Notes: generated by a model from the letters alone, not told the origin. A DNA stretch of 36,769 nt from Pseudomonadota bacterium (GCA_043769625.1 JAYVJD010000306.1:1-36769); one strand, 5' to 3'. Shown: positions 1-10,976, counted from the stretch's first letter. A program made the numbers and translations.

Positions 1-3000
1 CCAGCAACCTACGAAACCGTGACTGAACAAGTAATGGTCAAGGCTGGATCGAAGCGTCTGGAAAGCTCACCAGTTGCATACGAAGCCGGTTCAGAACAAG
101 TTCAGACTCGCGCGCCATCCAAGCGTCTGGAAGTCATTCCTGCAACTTATGAAACCGTGACCGAACAAGTATTGGTTAAGCCAGCAACGAAACAGTTGCA
201 AGTTATTCCGGCAACCTACGAAACGGTCACCGAACAAGTTCAAGTTCGCGCGCCGTCCAAGCGTCTGGATGCAACGCCAGCCGTTTACGAAACCGTCACC
301 GAACAAGTATTGGTGAAGCCTGCTTCCAAGCGTATTGAAATCATTCCAGCAACGTACGAAACGCAAGCTGAACAAGTTCAAGTAAGATCTGCGTCGAAGC
401 GCATGGAAGTTATTCCTGGCACATTCGAGACCGTGACCGAACAAGTATTGGTTAAGCCGGCATCGAAGCGTATGGAATTGATTCCTGCGACTTACGAAAC
501 GCAAACCGAACAAGTTCAAGTGCGCGCGCCGTCGAAGCGTTTGGAAGTGATTCCAGCAACCTTCGAAACCGTGACCGAACAAGTATTGGTCAAGCCCGCC
601 ACCAAGCGTCTGGAATTGATCCCGGCAACGTTTGAAACCGTCACCGAACAAGTGCAAGTTAAGTCCGCATCGAAGCGTCTGGAAGTCATCCCAGCCACGT
701 TCGAAACCGTGACTGAACAAGTGTTGACCAAGCCTGCTTCCAAGCGCGTGGAATTGATTCCTGCGACTTACGAAACAGCCGCTACACAAATTCAAACCCG
801 CTCACCGTCGAAGCGTCTAGAAGTGATTCCTGGCACATTCGAGACCGTGACCGAACAAGTATTGGTCAAGCCAGCCTCCAAGCGTTTGGAGATGGTTCCG
901 GCTGTTTATGAAACCGTCACCGAACAAGTACAAGTTAAAGCACCATCGAAGCGCGTTGAAGTGATTCCGGCAACGTACGAAACCGTGACCGAACAAGTCA
1001 TGGTCAAGCCTGCTTCAAAATCAGTCGAAGTCATGGCCGCTACTATGGTTCCAGGCTCCGAACAAATTCAAGTTCGCGCACCGGGTAAGCGCCTGGAAGT
1101 AATTCCAGCCACGTACGAAACCGTGACCGAACAAGTATTGGTCAAGCCTGCTTCGAAGCGCGTTGAAGTGATTCCTGCAACTTATGAAACCACCACCGAA
1201 CAAGTGATGGTCAAGCCAGCCGGCAAGCGTCTGGAAGTCATTCCAGCAACATACGAAACCGTAGCTGAGCAAGTACAAGTGCGTGATCCATCCAAGCGTC
1301 TTGAGTCAATTCCTGGTTCGTACGAAACCGTAACTGAACAAGTTCAAGTTCGCGCACCTTCGAAGCGTATCGAAGTCATTCCAGCAACCTTTGAAACCGT
1401 GACCGAACAAGTCATGGTCAAGCCAGCCTCGAAGCGTCTCGAAGTGATTCCAGCAACATTTGAGACAGTGTCCGAGCGCATCGAAGTTCGTGCACCGACG
1501 ACCCGTTTGCAAACCGGTACCGTTGCTTACGAAACCATCACCGAGCGCGTCGAAGTCAAAGCTGCATCGAAGCGTCTGGAAGTAATTCCTGGTAGCTACG
1601 AAACAGTTACTGAGCAAATTCAAGTTCGCCCAGCTTCCAAGCGTCTGGAAATGGTCCCGGCTGTTTATGAGACTGTGTCCGAGCAAGTATTGGAAACCGC
1701 AGGCTATACAACCTGGAAACGCGGTACCAGCAGCGCCGGTGCAACCATCGGTAGCGGCTCAAGCGTACGTCCGGGTGCAACGGGCGGCAACACCAGCATC
1801 AGCACCACAGTTGGCGGCAAAAGCACCATCGGTGGCGTAGTCGGACAGACCATCGACACCCGGGTTGATGAAACCTCTGGCGATTTGCTGTGCTTGGTTG
1901 AAGTTCCACCAGTCTATAAAACCATCACCAAACAAATCGTTAAGACCCCAGCTTCGACACGCGAAATCGACGTGCCAGCTGAGTTCAGCACGATTTCTAA
2001 ACAAGCCGTAAAAACAACGCCGACCACACGTGAAATCGACGTGCCGGCTGAATACCGTACCATCACCAAGCAAGTGCCGCGCGGTTATAGCGCAACTGGC
2101 GTAGCGGGTGCAGGTTCGGCTGCTGGTGCAGGTGGCGCAAGCGCTGCCGGTGCTGCCGGTGCTGCCGGTGCGGGTACCAGCGGTGCAGGCGGTGCAAAAA
2201 CTGCTGGCGGCGCAGGTTCAGCCGGTTCAGCTTCTAACTACGCTGACAGCGGAACACGCGAAATTCAAGTTCCAGGTGAATACTCCACGATCACCAAGCA
2301 AGTGGTGAAATCACCTGCTACGACACGTGAAGTAGAAATTCCTGCTGAATTCCGCACGATTACCAAACAAGTAGTGAAGACGCCAGCAACGACACGCGAA
2401 GTTGAAGTAGCGGGCGAATTCCGCACCGTTTCACGTCAAGTGCCGAAAAACGCTGCTAGCACTCGCGAAGTTCAAGTCGCCGGTGAAAGCCGTACGGTTT
2501 CCAAGCAGATCGTTAAGTCTCCTGCCGCAACACGTGAAGTTGAAGTGCCAGCAGAATTCAGAACGGTTTCCAAGCAGATCGTGAAAACGCCTGCTTCGAC
2601 ACGTGAAGTTGAAGTCCCAGCTGAATACGCAACAGTGACCAAGCAAGTGGTTAAGACCCCGGCTTCGACACGTGAAGTTGAAGTCGCTGGCGAATTCCGC
2701 AGCGTGGCCACACAGCAAGTCAAAGCACCGGCTTCTTCGCGTGAAGTTGAATCTCCAGCGCAGTTCACCACCATCACCAAGCAAGTAGTCAAGACACCGG
2801 CTACCACCCGCGAAGTTGAAGTGCCAGGCGAGTTCCGCACCGTGAGCCGTCAAGTCGTTAAGACCCCTGCCGGTACACGTGAAGTTGAAGTGGCTGCTGA
2901 ATACGCAACCGTGACCAAGCAAGTAGTCAAGACTGCTGCTGCTGCTCGCGAAGTTGAAGTGCCAGGCGAATCCCGCTCGGTGGCTCAACAAGTTGTGAAG

Positions 3001-4473
3001 ACACCAGCCAGCGCACGCGAAGTTGAAGTGGCTGCTGAATACAGCACCATCACCAAGCAAGTAGTCAAGACACCGGCTACCACGCGTGAAGTTGAAGTGC
3101 CGGGCGAGTTCCGCACCGTGTCACGTCAAGTGGTCAAAACACCGGCAACTACGCGCGAAGTTGAAGTGCCAGCTGAATACTCCACCATCAGCAAGCAGAT
3201 CGTTAAGACACCTGCAAGCGTGCGTGAAGTTGAAGTGCCAGGTGAGTTCCGCACTGTCGCTCGTCAAGTGGTGAAAACCCCAGCCAGCGCGCGTGAAGTG
3301 GAAATTCCAGCTGAGTACGCAACGGTCACCAAGCAAGTGGTCAAAACAGCGGCTGCTACGCGTGACGTTGAAGTGCCAGGTGAATTCCGCACCGTGGCTC
3401 GCCAAGTAGTCAAGACACCGGCTGCTACGCGTGAAATTGACGTGCCAGCTGAATACGCAACTGTCACCAAGCAAGTGGTAAAAACACCGGCTGGTGCACG
3501 TGAGTCCGAAGTGGCTGGTGAATTCCGCACCATCACCAAACAAGTCGTGAAGACGCCAGCAACGACCAAAGAAATCGAAGTGCCAGCGCAGTACGCAACG
3601 GTCACCAAGCAAGTAGTCAAGACGCCAGCAGCGACACGTGAAGTTGAAGTGGCGGGTGAATTCCGTTCCGTAGCGACGAAAGTTGCCAAGGGTACGGGCG
3701 CTACGCGTGAAGTGGACATTCCGGCTGAGTTCTCCGCCATCACCAAACAAGTGCTGAAAACACCAGCCTCGACGCGTGAAGTCGAAGTGCCTGCGCAGTT
3801 CACCACGATTACTAAACAAATCGTGAAGACACCAGCTAGCACCCGTGAAGTGGACATTCCTGCTGAGTTCTCCACCGTTGCCAAGCAAGTGGTCAAGTCA
3901 CCGACCACCACGCGCGAAGTTGAAGTGCCTGCACAGTTCACCACCATCACCAAGCAAGTGGTCAAAACACCGGCCTCTACCCGCGAAGTGGCTATCCCGG
4001 CTGAGTTCCGCACTGTAACGAGACAGGTTCCGATTGCAATGGCGATGGCTGAAGAAGAAATTCCAGCGCAATACACCACCATCACCCGTCAAGTGGTCAA
4101 AACACCGGCCACCACCCGTGAAGTTGAAGTGCCGGCTGAATACCGCACGGTCACCGTCAATAAGTTGGTGCAGCCTGCTTCGCAGAACCGTGTTGCCGTC
4201 GCGCCTGAGTATCAGACTGTAACGCGCACGATCAAAGTTTCTGACGGTACGCAAGAATGGCGTCAAGTGCTGTGCGAAACCAATGCTACTTCCACCAAGA
4301 TCAGCGAAATTCAAAATGCGCTGAGCAAAGCGGGATATCAGACACCGGTTTCGGGACGTATCGACAACACCTTCCTGAGCGCACTGAATAGCTACCAGCG
4401 TGCAAAGGGCCTGCCAGTTGATCAATACATCAACATGGCAACCGTGAAGTCATTGAATGTTTCGCCTAAGTAA
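1..4473 (+). CDS. Giant tandem-repeat envelope protein (about 55 copies of a 23-aa unit) with C-terminal peptidoglycan-binding domain; 5' end lies outside the window
   Basis: Frame 1 is open from nt 1 (PATYETVTEQV continues the repeat) to TAA at 4471-4473. Block 1 (nt 1 to ~1690) has ~24 copies of PATYETVTEQV[LQ]V[KR][PA][AP]SKRLEVI, alternating in a 46-aa super-period. Gly/Ala/Ser-rich linkers lie at ~1700-1860 and ~2085-2255. Block 2 (~1900-4200) has ~30 copies of VKTPA[ST]TREVEVP[AG]E[YF]xTV[TS][KR]QV. The C-terminus (ISEIQNALSKAGY...LNSYQRAKGLPVD) resembles PG_binding_1. A strong terminator follows. Confidence 0.8.
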   Translation, partial: PATYETVTEQVMVKAGSKRLESSPVAYEAGSEQVQTRAPSKRLEVIPATYETVTEQVLVKPATKQLQVIPATYETVTEQVQVRAPSKRLDATPAVYETVTEQVLVKPASKRIEIIPATYETQAEQVQVRSASKRMEVIPGTFETVTEQVLVKPASKRMELIPATYETQTEQVQVRAPSKRLEVIPATFETVTEQVLVKPATKRLELIPATFETVTEQVQVKSASKRLEVIPATFETVTEQVLTKPASKRVELIPATYETAATQIQTRSPSKRLEVIPGTFETVTEQVLVKPASKRLEMVPAVYETVTEQVQVKAPSKRVEVIPATYETVTEQVMVKPASKSVEVMAATMVPGSEQIQVRAPGKRLEVIPATYETVTEQVLVKPASKRVEVIPATYETTTEQVMVKPAGKRLEVIPATYETVAEQVQVRDPSKRLESIPGSYETVTEQVQVRAPSKRIEVIPATFETVTEQVMVKPASKRLEVIPATFETVSERIEVRAPTTRLQTGTVAYETITERVEVKAASKRLEVIPGSYETVTEQIQVRPASKRLEMVPAVYETVSEQVLETAGYTTWKRGTSSAGATIGSGSSVRPGATGGNTSISTTVGGKSTIGGVVGQTIDTRVDETSGDLLCLVEVPPVYKTITKQIVKTPASTREIDVPAEFSTISKQAVKTTPTTREIDVPAEYRTITKQVPRGYSATGVAGAGSAAGAGGASAAGAAGAAGAGTSGAGGAKTAGGAGSAGSASNYADSGTREIQVPGEYSTITKQVVKSPATTREVEIPAEFRTITKQVVKTPATTREVEVAGEFRTVSRQVPKNAASTREVQVAGESRTVSKQIVKSPAATREVEVPAEFRTVSKQIVKTPASTREVEVPAEYATVTKQVVKTPASTREVEVAGEFRSVATQQVKAPASSREVESPAQFTTITKQVVKTPATTREVEVPGEFRTVSRQVVKTPAGTREVEVAAEYATVTKQVVKTAAAAREVEVPGESRSVAQQVVKTPASAREVEVAAEYSTITKQVVKTPATTREVEVPGEFRTVSRQVVKTPATTREVEVPAEYSTISKQIVKTPASVREVEVPGEFRTVARQVVKTPASAREVEIPAEYATVTKQVVKTAAATRDVEVPGEFRTVARQVVKTPAATREIDVPAEYATVTKQVVKTPAGARESEVAGEFRTITKQVVKTPATTKEIEVPAQYATVTKQVVKTPAATREVEVAGEFRSVATKVAKGTGATREVDIPAEFSAITKQVLKTPASTREVEVPAQFTTITKQIVKTPASTREVDIPAEFSTVAKQVVKSPTTTREVEVPAQFTTITKQVVKTPASTREVAIPAEFRTVTRQVPIAMAMAEEEIPAQYTTITRQVVKTPATTREVEVPAEYRTVTVNKLVQPASQNRVAVAPEYQTVTRTIKVSDGTQEWRQVLCETNATSTKISEIQNALSKAGYQTPVSGRIDNTFLSALNSYQRAKGLPVDQYINMATVKSLNVSPK

Positions 4474-4490
4474 TTAAGCAGTCGCTACAC

Positions 4491-4523
4491 AAAAAACCGC
4501 AGGCTAGTCCTGCGGTTTTTTTT
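4491..4523 (+). terminator. Rho-independent terminator after the repeat-protein gene
   Basis: AAAAAA-CCGCAGG-CTAGT-CCTGCGG-TTTTTTTT: 7-bp GC stem, 5-nt loop, T8 tail, 18 nt after the stop codon. Confidence 0.85.
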
Positions 4524-4643
4524 CGCCTGTTATTTATTGCGTAAAGTGCGCCATAGCATTGCACTAGCGTTATCTTGTCTATTCAATGCGTGTTAACGTC
4601 GTTGATATTTTTCTTATTCAGTTAAGCAAGGCAGGCAAAACGC

Positions 4644-5309
4644 ATGGCTATTTGGCAAAAAAATAAATTAAGTTATCTATTTGTTTTTATTCAACTAATT
4701 TGTGTAGCGTCAGCATTGGCTGTGGACGTAAACGTGGTCGGGTTGTTCCAAGGCAAAGCCCTGGTCGAAATCGATCGCGGCAATCCGCGCATGATGACTG
4801 AGGGCCAGAAAATCGACGACATCATACTCATCAGCGCCAATTCTGCTGGCGCGGTAATCGAGATAACAGGCAAGCGGCACGCTATAGGATTGGGTCAATC
4901 TGCCTCAGGCGGCGGCGCAAAACAAACTGCAGGCGGTGCAGGCAGCATTGTATTGACGGCAGATAGTCGAGGTCACTATTACTCCACCGGCGCCATCAAT
5001 GGCGCGACGACCCGTTTCCTGTTGGATACCGGCGCCACCAGCGTGGCCATGAGTGGTGCCGAGGCAGCAAGGCTGGGTTTGGACTATAAAAAAGGCCAGC
5101 CGGGCATGGCCAGCACCGCCAACGGCGTGGCACCGATGTATATCATTGTGGCCGACAAAGTCAGCGTCGGCGACATCACCTTGCATCAAGTCGAAGTCTC
5201 CGTGGTCGAAGGCGCAGGCTTGCCCATCACGCTACTCGGTATGAGTTTTCTCAATCGTGTGGAAATGAAACAGAACGGCGGGAAGATGACGCTGACCAAG
5301 CGCTATTAA
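4644..5309 (+). CDS. Retropepsin-like (clan AA, TIGR02281-type) aspartic protease, membrane anchored
   Basis: N-terminal hydrophobic anchor. GHYYSTGAINGATTRFLLDTGATSVAMS carries the DTGA catalytic motif. LLGMSFLNRVEMKQNGGKMTL is the family-typical C-terminus. Confidence 0.85.
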   Translation: MAIWQKNKLSYLFVFIQLICVASALAVDVNVVGLFQGKALVEIDRGNPRMMTEGQKIDDIILISANSAGAVIEITGKRHAIGLGQSASGGGAKQTAGGAGSIVLTADSRGHYYSTGAINGATTRFLLDTGATSVAMSGAEAARLGLDYKKGQPGMASTANGVAPMYIIVADKVSVGDITLHQVEVSVVEGAGLPITLLGMSFLNRVEMKQNGGKMTLTKRY

Positions 5310-5314
5310 ATCCA

Positions 5315-5707
5315 CTAAAGCGAATTAACAAAAATCATCGATGCAACAAAAGTGAGTAAGGCAGAGATAGAAATCGCTAGCCATAAGCGTTCGGTTCGTT
5401 CTTGATCGCGAGGGATCGCAGTATCCCAGAGATATCCAAGATTTTCTATGACGCGAAAGCTGCCCAGATAGGCGCCCAAAAGCGCCGCCAGCAAAGAAAT
5501 GGCGCAAACAGATAGCAAAGGCGAGATGAACAGCGCTGAAATGGAATCTGCAGGCAGCCGTATCATTCGTTTTCTAACTAGTAAGATGGCCGCGATGAAA
5601 ATTACGCAAAGAAAAAATAGGGTGAAAAAGACGGAAATAAACGCTATCACTGCGCCAGCGATTCGGTCTAGCAAGGTGATTGGCGTAGTCGATTCTGAAT
5701 TATGCAT
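5315..5707 (-). CDS. Small multi-pass membrane protein, function unknown
   Basis: 130-aa ORF with 3-4 hydrophobic helices. Convergent with the aspartic protease gene. No recognisable motif. Confidence 0.5.
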   Translation of the reverse strand: MHNSESTTPITLLDRIAGAVIAFISVFFTLFFLCVIFIAAILLVRKRMIRLPADSISALFISPLLSVCAISLLAALLGAYLGSFRVIENLGYLWDTAIPRDQERTERLWLAISISALLTFVASMIFVNSL

Positions 5708-5733
5708 GCTGATCTAGCAGCGCTAAGCTAGCT

Positions 5734-6543
5734 TTATTTTTTTGTTTTGTCTTTTTCTATTAGCGCATAAGCCGAGTGATTGTGGATAGATTCAAAGTTC
5801 TCCGACTCCACCACATAAGCATCAATACGCGGATCTTTATTCAACTGCGCGGCGACATCGCGGACTAAATCTTCGACGAATTTCGGGTTGTCGTAAGCGC
5901 GTTCGGTGACGAATTTTTCATCGGGGCGTTTGAGCAGGCCGTAGAGTTCGCTCGACGCTTGCGACTCGGCGATCTGGAGTAAATCTTCTATCCACACAAA
6001 AGTATTGGTGCGTGCGCTGATGGTGACGTGCGAGCGTTGGTTGTGCGCGCCGCGCTCGGAGATTTTTTTCGAGCAGGGGCATAAGCTGGTGACCGGTACG
6101 ACGACTTTGGTGTTGAGATGATACTCGCCGCCGCGTTTGATTTCGCCAGTTAATGTCACTTCGTAATCGAGCAGCGATTTTACGCCGGAGACGGGCGCGG
6201 TTTTGTTGACGAAAAAGGGGAAGGTCATTTCGATGTGACCAGCTTCCGCGTCGAGGCGCTTCACCATGTCGCGCAAAATACTTTCAAATGACTCGACCGA
6301 AATTTCGTGCTCGTGTTGATTCAAAATTTCGACAAAGCGCGACATGTGCGTGCCCTTGAAATGATGCGGCAAGTGCACGTACATATTAAACATCGCGACG
6401 GTGTGTTGCACGCCGCTGGTTTTATCTTTCACCATCACCGGATGACGCAGCGATTTAATGCCAACGCGATCGATGTCGAGTTGGCGGGTGTCGGCCGAGC
6501 CTTGGACGTCGGCGATGGGAAGGTGTTTGTCGCGTTGATTCAT
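5734..6543 (-). CDS. folE2: GTP cyclohydrolase FolE2 (GCYH-IB)
   Basis: [28 protein letters not shown]...[14 protein letters not shown]...[20 protein letters not shown] are FolE2 hallmarks. I chose the ATG at 6543 ([14 protein letters not shown]) because it matches family N-termini. The longest ORF starts at 6573. Confidence 0.9.
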   Translation of the reverse strand: MNQRDKHLPIADVQGSADTRQLDIDRVGIKSLRHPVMVKDKTSGVQHTVAMFNMYVHLPHHFKGTHMSRFVEILNQHEHEISVESFESILRDMVKRLDAEAGHIEMTFPFFVNKTAPVSGVKSLLDYEVTLTGEIKRGGEYHLNTKVVVPVTSLCPCSKKISERGAHNQRSHVTISARTNTFVWIEDLLQIAESQASSELYGLLKRPDEKFVTERAYDNPKFVEDLVRDVAAQLNKDPRIDAYVVESENFESIHNHSAYALIEKDKTKK

Positions 6544-6632
6544 GATGAGCCTGGATGAAATACTGAATGACATTATAGCCCGAGCAGAATAGTTGTATAA
6601 ACTACTCGCGTATAGACTATAAAAATATTAAT

Positions 6633-6651
6633 TTAATCAAATACTTATCAT
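6633..6651 (+). repeat. Copy of the AATCAAATA[GC]TTAT motif (fits IHF consensus WATCAANNNNTTR)
   Basis: TTAATCAAATACTTATCAT in the dxs-folE2 spacer. These 19 nt are identical to 20314-20332. Confidence 0.6.
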
Positions 6652-6670
6652 TATTATTGCGTTGATACTT

Positions 6671-8557
6671 TTAAGCACTTGACGAGCTGGCAAGCGGAAT
6701 TGGCGCACCGATTTTTTTCGCGATGGCGGTAACGATGCCAACTTTATCCAGCCCGCATTCGGCATACATCGCCGCCGGATCGCCGTGATCAACGAAGCGA
6801 TCGGGCAAGCCGAGCAACAACACATCGGTTTTCACGGCGTGCGCCTCAAGGCATTCCAACACCGCGCTGCCCGCGCCGCCGACGATCGTGTTGTCTTCGA
6901 TGGTGACGATCAAGTCGTGCGATTTAGCCAGGCGCAATACCAATGCCTCATCCAGCGGTTTCACAAAACGCATATTCGCGACCGTGGCGTTGAGCCCTTC
7001 TGCCGCATCCAGCGCCGGCTTGAGCAGCGTGCCGAAAGCGAGAATGGCGATTTTTTTGCCTTCGCGCACGACGTCGCCTTTGCCGATGGGTAGCGCGCGC
7101 ATCGTCGCTTCCAGCGTAGCGCCGGGCCCGCTGCCGCGCGGATAACGTACCGCGCTTGGCCCATCGATTTGCACTGCGGTGTAGAGCATCTGGCGCGTTT
7201 CGTTTTCGTCTGACGGCGTCATCACCACCGTGTTGGGCAAACAACGCAAAAATGAAATATCAAAACTGCCGGCGTGCGTCGGGCCGTCAGCGCCGACCAT
7301 GCCGGCGCGATCAATGGCGAACACGACAGGTAAGTTTTGCAGCACGACATCGTGGATGAGTTGGTCGTAGGCGCGTTGCAAAAATGTCGAGTAAATCGCG
7401 ACGACGGGTTTTAACCCTTCGCACGCGAGACCGGCGGCGAAGGTGACGGAATGTTGTTCGGCGATGCCGACGTCGAAATAGCGATCGGGAAATTCCTCCG
7501 AGAAGCGCACCATGCCCGAGCCTTCGCGCATGGCAGGCGTGATGCCGACGATGCGCGGGTCGGCCTTGGCCATATCGCACAACCAATCACCGAAAATCTG
7601 CGAGTAGGTCGGCTTGCCTGCAGCCTTGGCGACGATGCCGACTTTGGGATCAAACTTGCCCGGGCCGTGATACAAAATCGGATCGGCTTCAGCCGGCGCG
7701 TAACCTTTGCCTTTGCGTGTGATGACGTGGAGGAATTGCGGACCTTTTAATTTTTTAATATTGTTGAGCGTGGTGACGAGCAAATCGACATCGTGTCCGT
7801 CGATCGGCCCAATGTAATTAAAACCGAATTCTTCGAACAGCGTGCCCGGCGTGACCATGCCCTTGACGTGCTCTTCCGCACGCTTGGCGAATTCGTGAAT
7901 TTGCGGCGTGGCGCGTAACAAGCGTTCGCTGCCAACGCGGATGGAATTGTAAAACTGGCCCGACATTAATTTGGCCAAATAATTATTCAGCGCGCCGACC
8001 GGCGGCGAAATCGACATATCGTTGTCATTGAGAATCACCAGCAAATTCGTATCCATCGCGCCCGCGTTGTTCAACGCTTCAAATGCCATGCCTGCGCTCA
8101 TCGCGCCGTCACCAATGATGGCGACCGCTTTACGATCTTTGCCTTCGCGTTGCGCCGCGACGGCCATGCCGAGCGCAGCAGAAATCGACGTCGAAGAATG
8201 CGCAACGCCGAAGGTATCGTATTCACTTTCTTCGCGGCGCGGAAAACCAGCGACGCCGCCGCGTTGACGCAGCTTCGCCATACCGGCCCGACGGCCCGTC
8301 AGAATTTTATGCGCGTAAGTTTGATGGCCGACATCCCACACCAGGCGATCTTGCGGCGTGTTGAACACATAATGCAGCGCGACGGTCAGCTCGACGGTGC
8401 CGAGATTGGAGGAGAAATGTCCGCCGGTCGAGGCGACTGATTCGATAATGAATTCGCGCAGCTCGTGCGACAGTTGCGGCAGCAGTTTGCGTTCAAGCGA
8501 GCGCACATCATGCGGAATGGAAATCGTATCGAGTAGCGGATAAGCGGTCATGCTCAA
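6671..8557 (-). CDS. dxs: 1-deoxy-D-xylulose-5-phosphate synthase
   Basis: 628 aa. [34 protein letters not shown] and [17 protein letters not shown] (ThDP motif) are typical Dxs. Lies in the ispA-dxs operon context. Confidence 0.97.
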   Translation of the reverse strand: MSMTAYPLLDTISIPHDVRSLERKLLPQLSHELREFIIESVASTGGHFSSNLGTVELTVALHYVFNTPQDRLVWDVGHQTYAHKILTGRRAGMAKLRQRGGVAGFPRREESEYDTFGVAHSSTSISAALGMAVAAQREGKDRKAVAIIGDGAMSAGMAFEALNNAGAMDTNLLVILNDNDMSISPPVGALNNYLAKLMSGQFYNSIRVGSERLLRATPQIHEFAKRAEEHVKGMVTPGTLFEEFGFNYIGPIDGHDVDLLVTTLNNIKKLKGPQFLHVITRKGKGYAPAEADPILYHGPGKFDPKVGIVAKAAGKPTYSQIFGDWLCDMAKADPRIVGITPAMREGSGMVRFSEEFPDRYFDVGIAEQHSVTFAAGLACEGLKPVVAIYSTFLQRAYDQLIHDVVLQNLPVVFAIDRAGMVGADGPTHAGSFDISFLRCLPNTVVMTPSDENETRQMLYTAVQIDGPSAVRYPRGSGPGATLEATMRALPIGKGDVVREGKKIAILAFGTLLKPALDAAEGLNATVANMRFVKPLDEALVLRLAKSHDLIVTIEDNTIVGGAGSAVLECLEAHAVKTDVLLLGLPDRFVDHGDPAAMYAECGLDKVGIVTAIAKKIGAPIPLASSSSA

Positions 8558-9450
8558 TGTTGCCTTTTTACAATATAGTCTGCAAGAAAGCGCAATCTGT
8601 CTGCTTCTGCCCCAAAAATTTCAAGTGCGTGTAATGCATCGCCGTGGAGTTCGTCCGCCAAGGCCTTAGCCTGAGTCGCGCCCATGATGCTGACGTAGGT
8701 CGGCTTGCCGTCTTTGGCGTCTTTACCGGCGGTTTTCCCCAGTGTAGCGGTACTGGCTTCGGCGTCAAGCACATCGTCCACCACTTGAAACGCCAGGCCG
8801 ACGCATTTGGCATAGCGGTCGAGCGCAGCGGTTTGTTTTCCTTCCAGCGTTTTGCCGCAATGCGCACCCATTAAAATCGCCGCACGGATCAGCGCGCCGG
8901 TTTTGTGAATGTGCATAAACTCCAGCTCAGGCAAACTCAAATTTTTGCCCACGCTGGCCAGATCAATTGCCTGCCCGCCTGCCATGCCGCGCGAACCGCA
9001 AGCTTGGCCGAGCAAAGTAATCAGGCTTAGTTGCTGCGCGTCGCTATCGCACAAACGATTTTCCGCGACGATTTGAAACGCGAATGCTTGCAACGCATCG
9101 CCGACCAACAACGCTGTCGCGTCGTCATATTGCACATGCACCGTTGGCTTGCCGCGACGTAGTACATCGTCGTCCATGCAGGGCATATCATCGTGCACCA
9201 ACGAATAGGCGTGAATCATTTCCACCGAGGCCGCGACAAATTCCACGCGTGAAATATCGGCGTGGGTGAGCTCGCCAGCGGCGTGCGCGAGTAAAGGTCG
9301 TACGCGCTTGCCGCCGCCGAGGACGGCGTAACGCATCGCGTGATGCAATCGCTCCGGCACCATATTCGACTGCGGCAGCCATTCGCCCATGCGCGTTTCC
9401 ATGCGCGACTGCACATCGCGCGCCCAAGCGGCGTGATCGGTATTATTCAT
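8554..9450 (-). CDS. ispA: Farnesyl diphosphate synthase (geranyltranstransferase)
   Basis: Two DDxxD motifs ([21 protein letters not shown]). 4-nt overlap with dxs. xseB lies upstream. Confidence 0.95.
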   Translation of the reverse strand: MNNTDHAAWARDVQSRMETRMGEWLPQSNMVPERLHHAMRYAVLGGGKRVRPLLAHAAGELTHADISRVEFVAASVEMIHAYSLVHDDMPCMDDDVLRRGKPTVHVQYDDATALLVGDALQAFAFQIVAENRLCDSDAQQLSLITLLGQACGSRGMAGGQAIDLASVGKNLSLPELEFMHIHKTGALIRAAILMGAHCGKTLEGKQTAALDRYAKCVGLAFQVVDDVLDAEASTATLGKTAGKDAKDGKPTYVSIMGATQAKALADELHGDALHALEIFGAEADRLRFLADYIVKRQH

Positions 9451-9709
9451 TGGTGGCAGTGAAAGGCTTCAACACATCGGCGTCGAGGATGCGAATTTTT
9501 TGTTGTGCGTCGGCGAGGCGCGACTGGCAGAATTTGAGCAATTCCGCGCCGCGCTGATAGGCGGCAAGCGAGTCTTCCAGCGGCAATTGGCCGTCTTCCA
9601 TGCGCGCCACAATGGCTTCCAGTTCGGTCAACGCCGCTTCGTAGCTCATCGCGTCGATCATCCCGCCTGCTTTTGTTGTGCTTGCCTTGGCCATAAGTGC
9701 TTCATCCAA
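9443..9709 (-). CDS. xseB: Exodeoxyribonuclease VII small subunit
   Basis: SYEAALTELEAIVARMEDGQLPLEDSLAAYQRGAELLKFCQSRL is canonical XseB. An alternative start at 9694 (MAKAST) is possible. Overlaps the ispA start by 8 nt. Confidence 0.9.
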   Translation of the reverse strand: MDEALMAKASTTKAGGMIDAMSYEAALTELEAIVARMEDGQLPLEDSLAAYQRGAELLKFCQSRLADAQQKIRILDADVLKPFTATNE

Positions 9710-9870
9710 AAAAGAAAAATATACCTTAATCGCCCTATGTAGGTCAATGTAAAATGAGGGGGATTCTCGGCGTAAAAGTTGTCAAAAAATCAGATTGCAC
9801 GGATAAAGTTTTTAGTCCATCATGGCCCGCTCGCTTTACAACCAACTGAACAGGGAGGAACCACGGCATC

Positions 9871-10965
9871 ATGACCAACTTGGCAACTGCACGTGCTTTA
9901 CTCAACACCACGCCCCAACTTCCCGTCAGTTGGTATTTCGACCCCGCAGTCCTCGCGCTGGAACAGCAGCGTTTGTTTGAAAAAAGTCCGACCTACGTCG
10001 GTCATCAATTGATGGTGCCCAACCCCGGCGATTACTATTCGCTCGACTGGATGGATAACGCCAAAGCCCTGGTACATAACCAAAAGGGTATCGAATTACT
10101 TTCCAATGTCTGTCGTCATCGCCAAGCGATTATGCTCAAGGGTAGCGGCAATACGCCGAATATCGTGTGTCCCTTACATCGCTGGACCTATAACCTCGAC
10201 GGCAAATTACTCGGCGCGCCGCATTTTCCCGGCAACCCCTGTCTCGATCTCGGCAGCACGCCGCTGCAAAACTGGCATGGCCTGTTGTTCGGCGGCAAAC
10301 GTGATGTAGCAAAAGATTTCGCCCAGCTCGGTGTCGCCGAAGATCTGGATTTCTCCGGTTACAAGCTCGATAGCGTGGTCACCCACGAACACACGTTCAA
10401 CTGGAAAACTTTTATTGAGGTTTACCTCGAGGATTATCACGTCGAAGCGTTTCATCCGGGCTTGCGCGGTTTTGTTGATTGCGAAGAACTCAAGTGGGAA
10501 TACGGCGATTGGTATAGCGTGCAAACCGTCGGCGTGAAACGCGCGTTGCAAAAACCCGGCAGCGCCGCGTATAAAATGTGGCACGACGTCGTGCTCGCGC
10601 GCAACGGCGGCAAAGTGCCGAAGCAAGGCGCGATCTGGCTCGTCTATTACCCCAACATCATGATCGAGTGGTATCCCGAAGTGTTGATCGTCAGCACGCT
10701 GCTGCCGAAAGGCCCGGACGCCTGCACCAATGTGATTGAATTTTATTATCCCGAAGACATCGTATTGTTCGAGCGTGAATTCGTCGAAGCGCAACAACAG
10801 GCGTATCACGAGACGGCCGCCGAAGACGAAGAAATTTGTGTGCGCATGAGCGAAGGGCGACGCGCATTATGGAAGCGCGGTGAAAACGATGCGGGCCCGT
10901 ATCAATCGCCGATGGAAGACGGCATGGTGCATTTTCATGAATTTCTGCGCCGCGAACTATTATAA
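9871..10965 (+). CDS. Rieske [2Fe-2S] oxygenase, ring-hydroxylating dioxygenase alpha-subunit-like
   Basis: Rieske motif CRHRQAIM...CPLHRWTY. The C-terminal catalytic domain has EDYHVEAFHP (mononuclear iron ligands). SD AGGGAGG lies at ~9853. Confidence 0.85.
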   Translation: MTNLATARALLNTTPQLPVSWYFDPAVLALEQQRLFEKSPTYVGHQLMVPNPGDYYSLDWMDNAKALVHNQKGIELLSNVCRHRQAIMLKGSGNTPNIVCPLHRWTYNLDGKLLGAPHFPGNPCLDLGSTPLQNWHGLLFGGKRDVAKDFAQLGVAEDLDFSGYKLDSVVTHEHTFNWKTFIEVYLEDYHVEAFHPGLRGFVDCEELKWEYGDWYSVQTVGVKRALQKPGSAAYKMWHDVVLARNGGKVPKQGAIWLVYYPNIMIEWYPEVLIVSTLLPKGPDACTNVIEFYYPEDIVLFEREFVEAQQQAYHETAAEDEEICVRMSEGRRALWKRGENDAGPYQSPMEDGMVHFHEFLRRELL

Positions 10966-10976
10966 ATAGTTCAATT

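Noticed and set aside
1-4200. Tandem repeats that could be mistaken for a CRISPR array or satellite
   Set aside because: The 69-nt units are contiguous with no unique spacers, lie in one continuous reading frame, and are diverged mainly at synonymous positions. They are coding repeats.
91-4425. Many long antisense or off-frame ORFs inside the repeat gene (for example 91-795, 2431-3060, 3121-3888, 3264-4085 and 3898-4425 on the minus strand)
   Set aside because: They are periodic by-products of the 69-nt coding repeat and show low-complexity, repeat-mirroring composition. They lack independent start signals and overlap a far longer coherent ORF that ends in a recognisable C-terminal domain.
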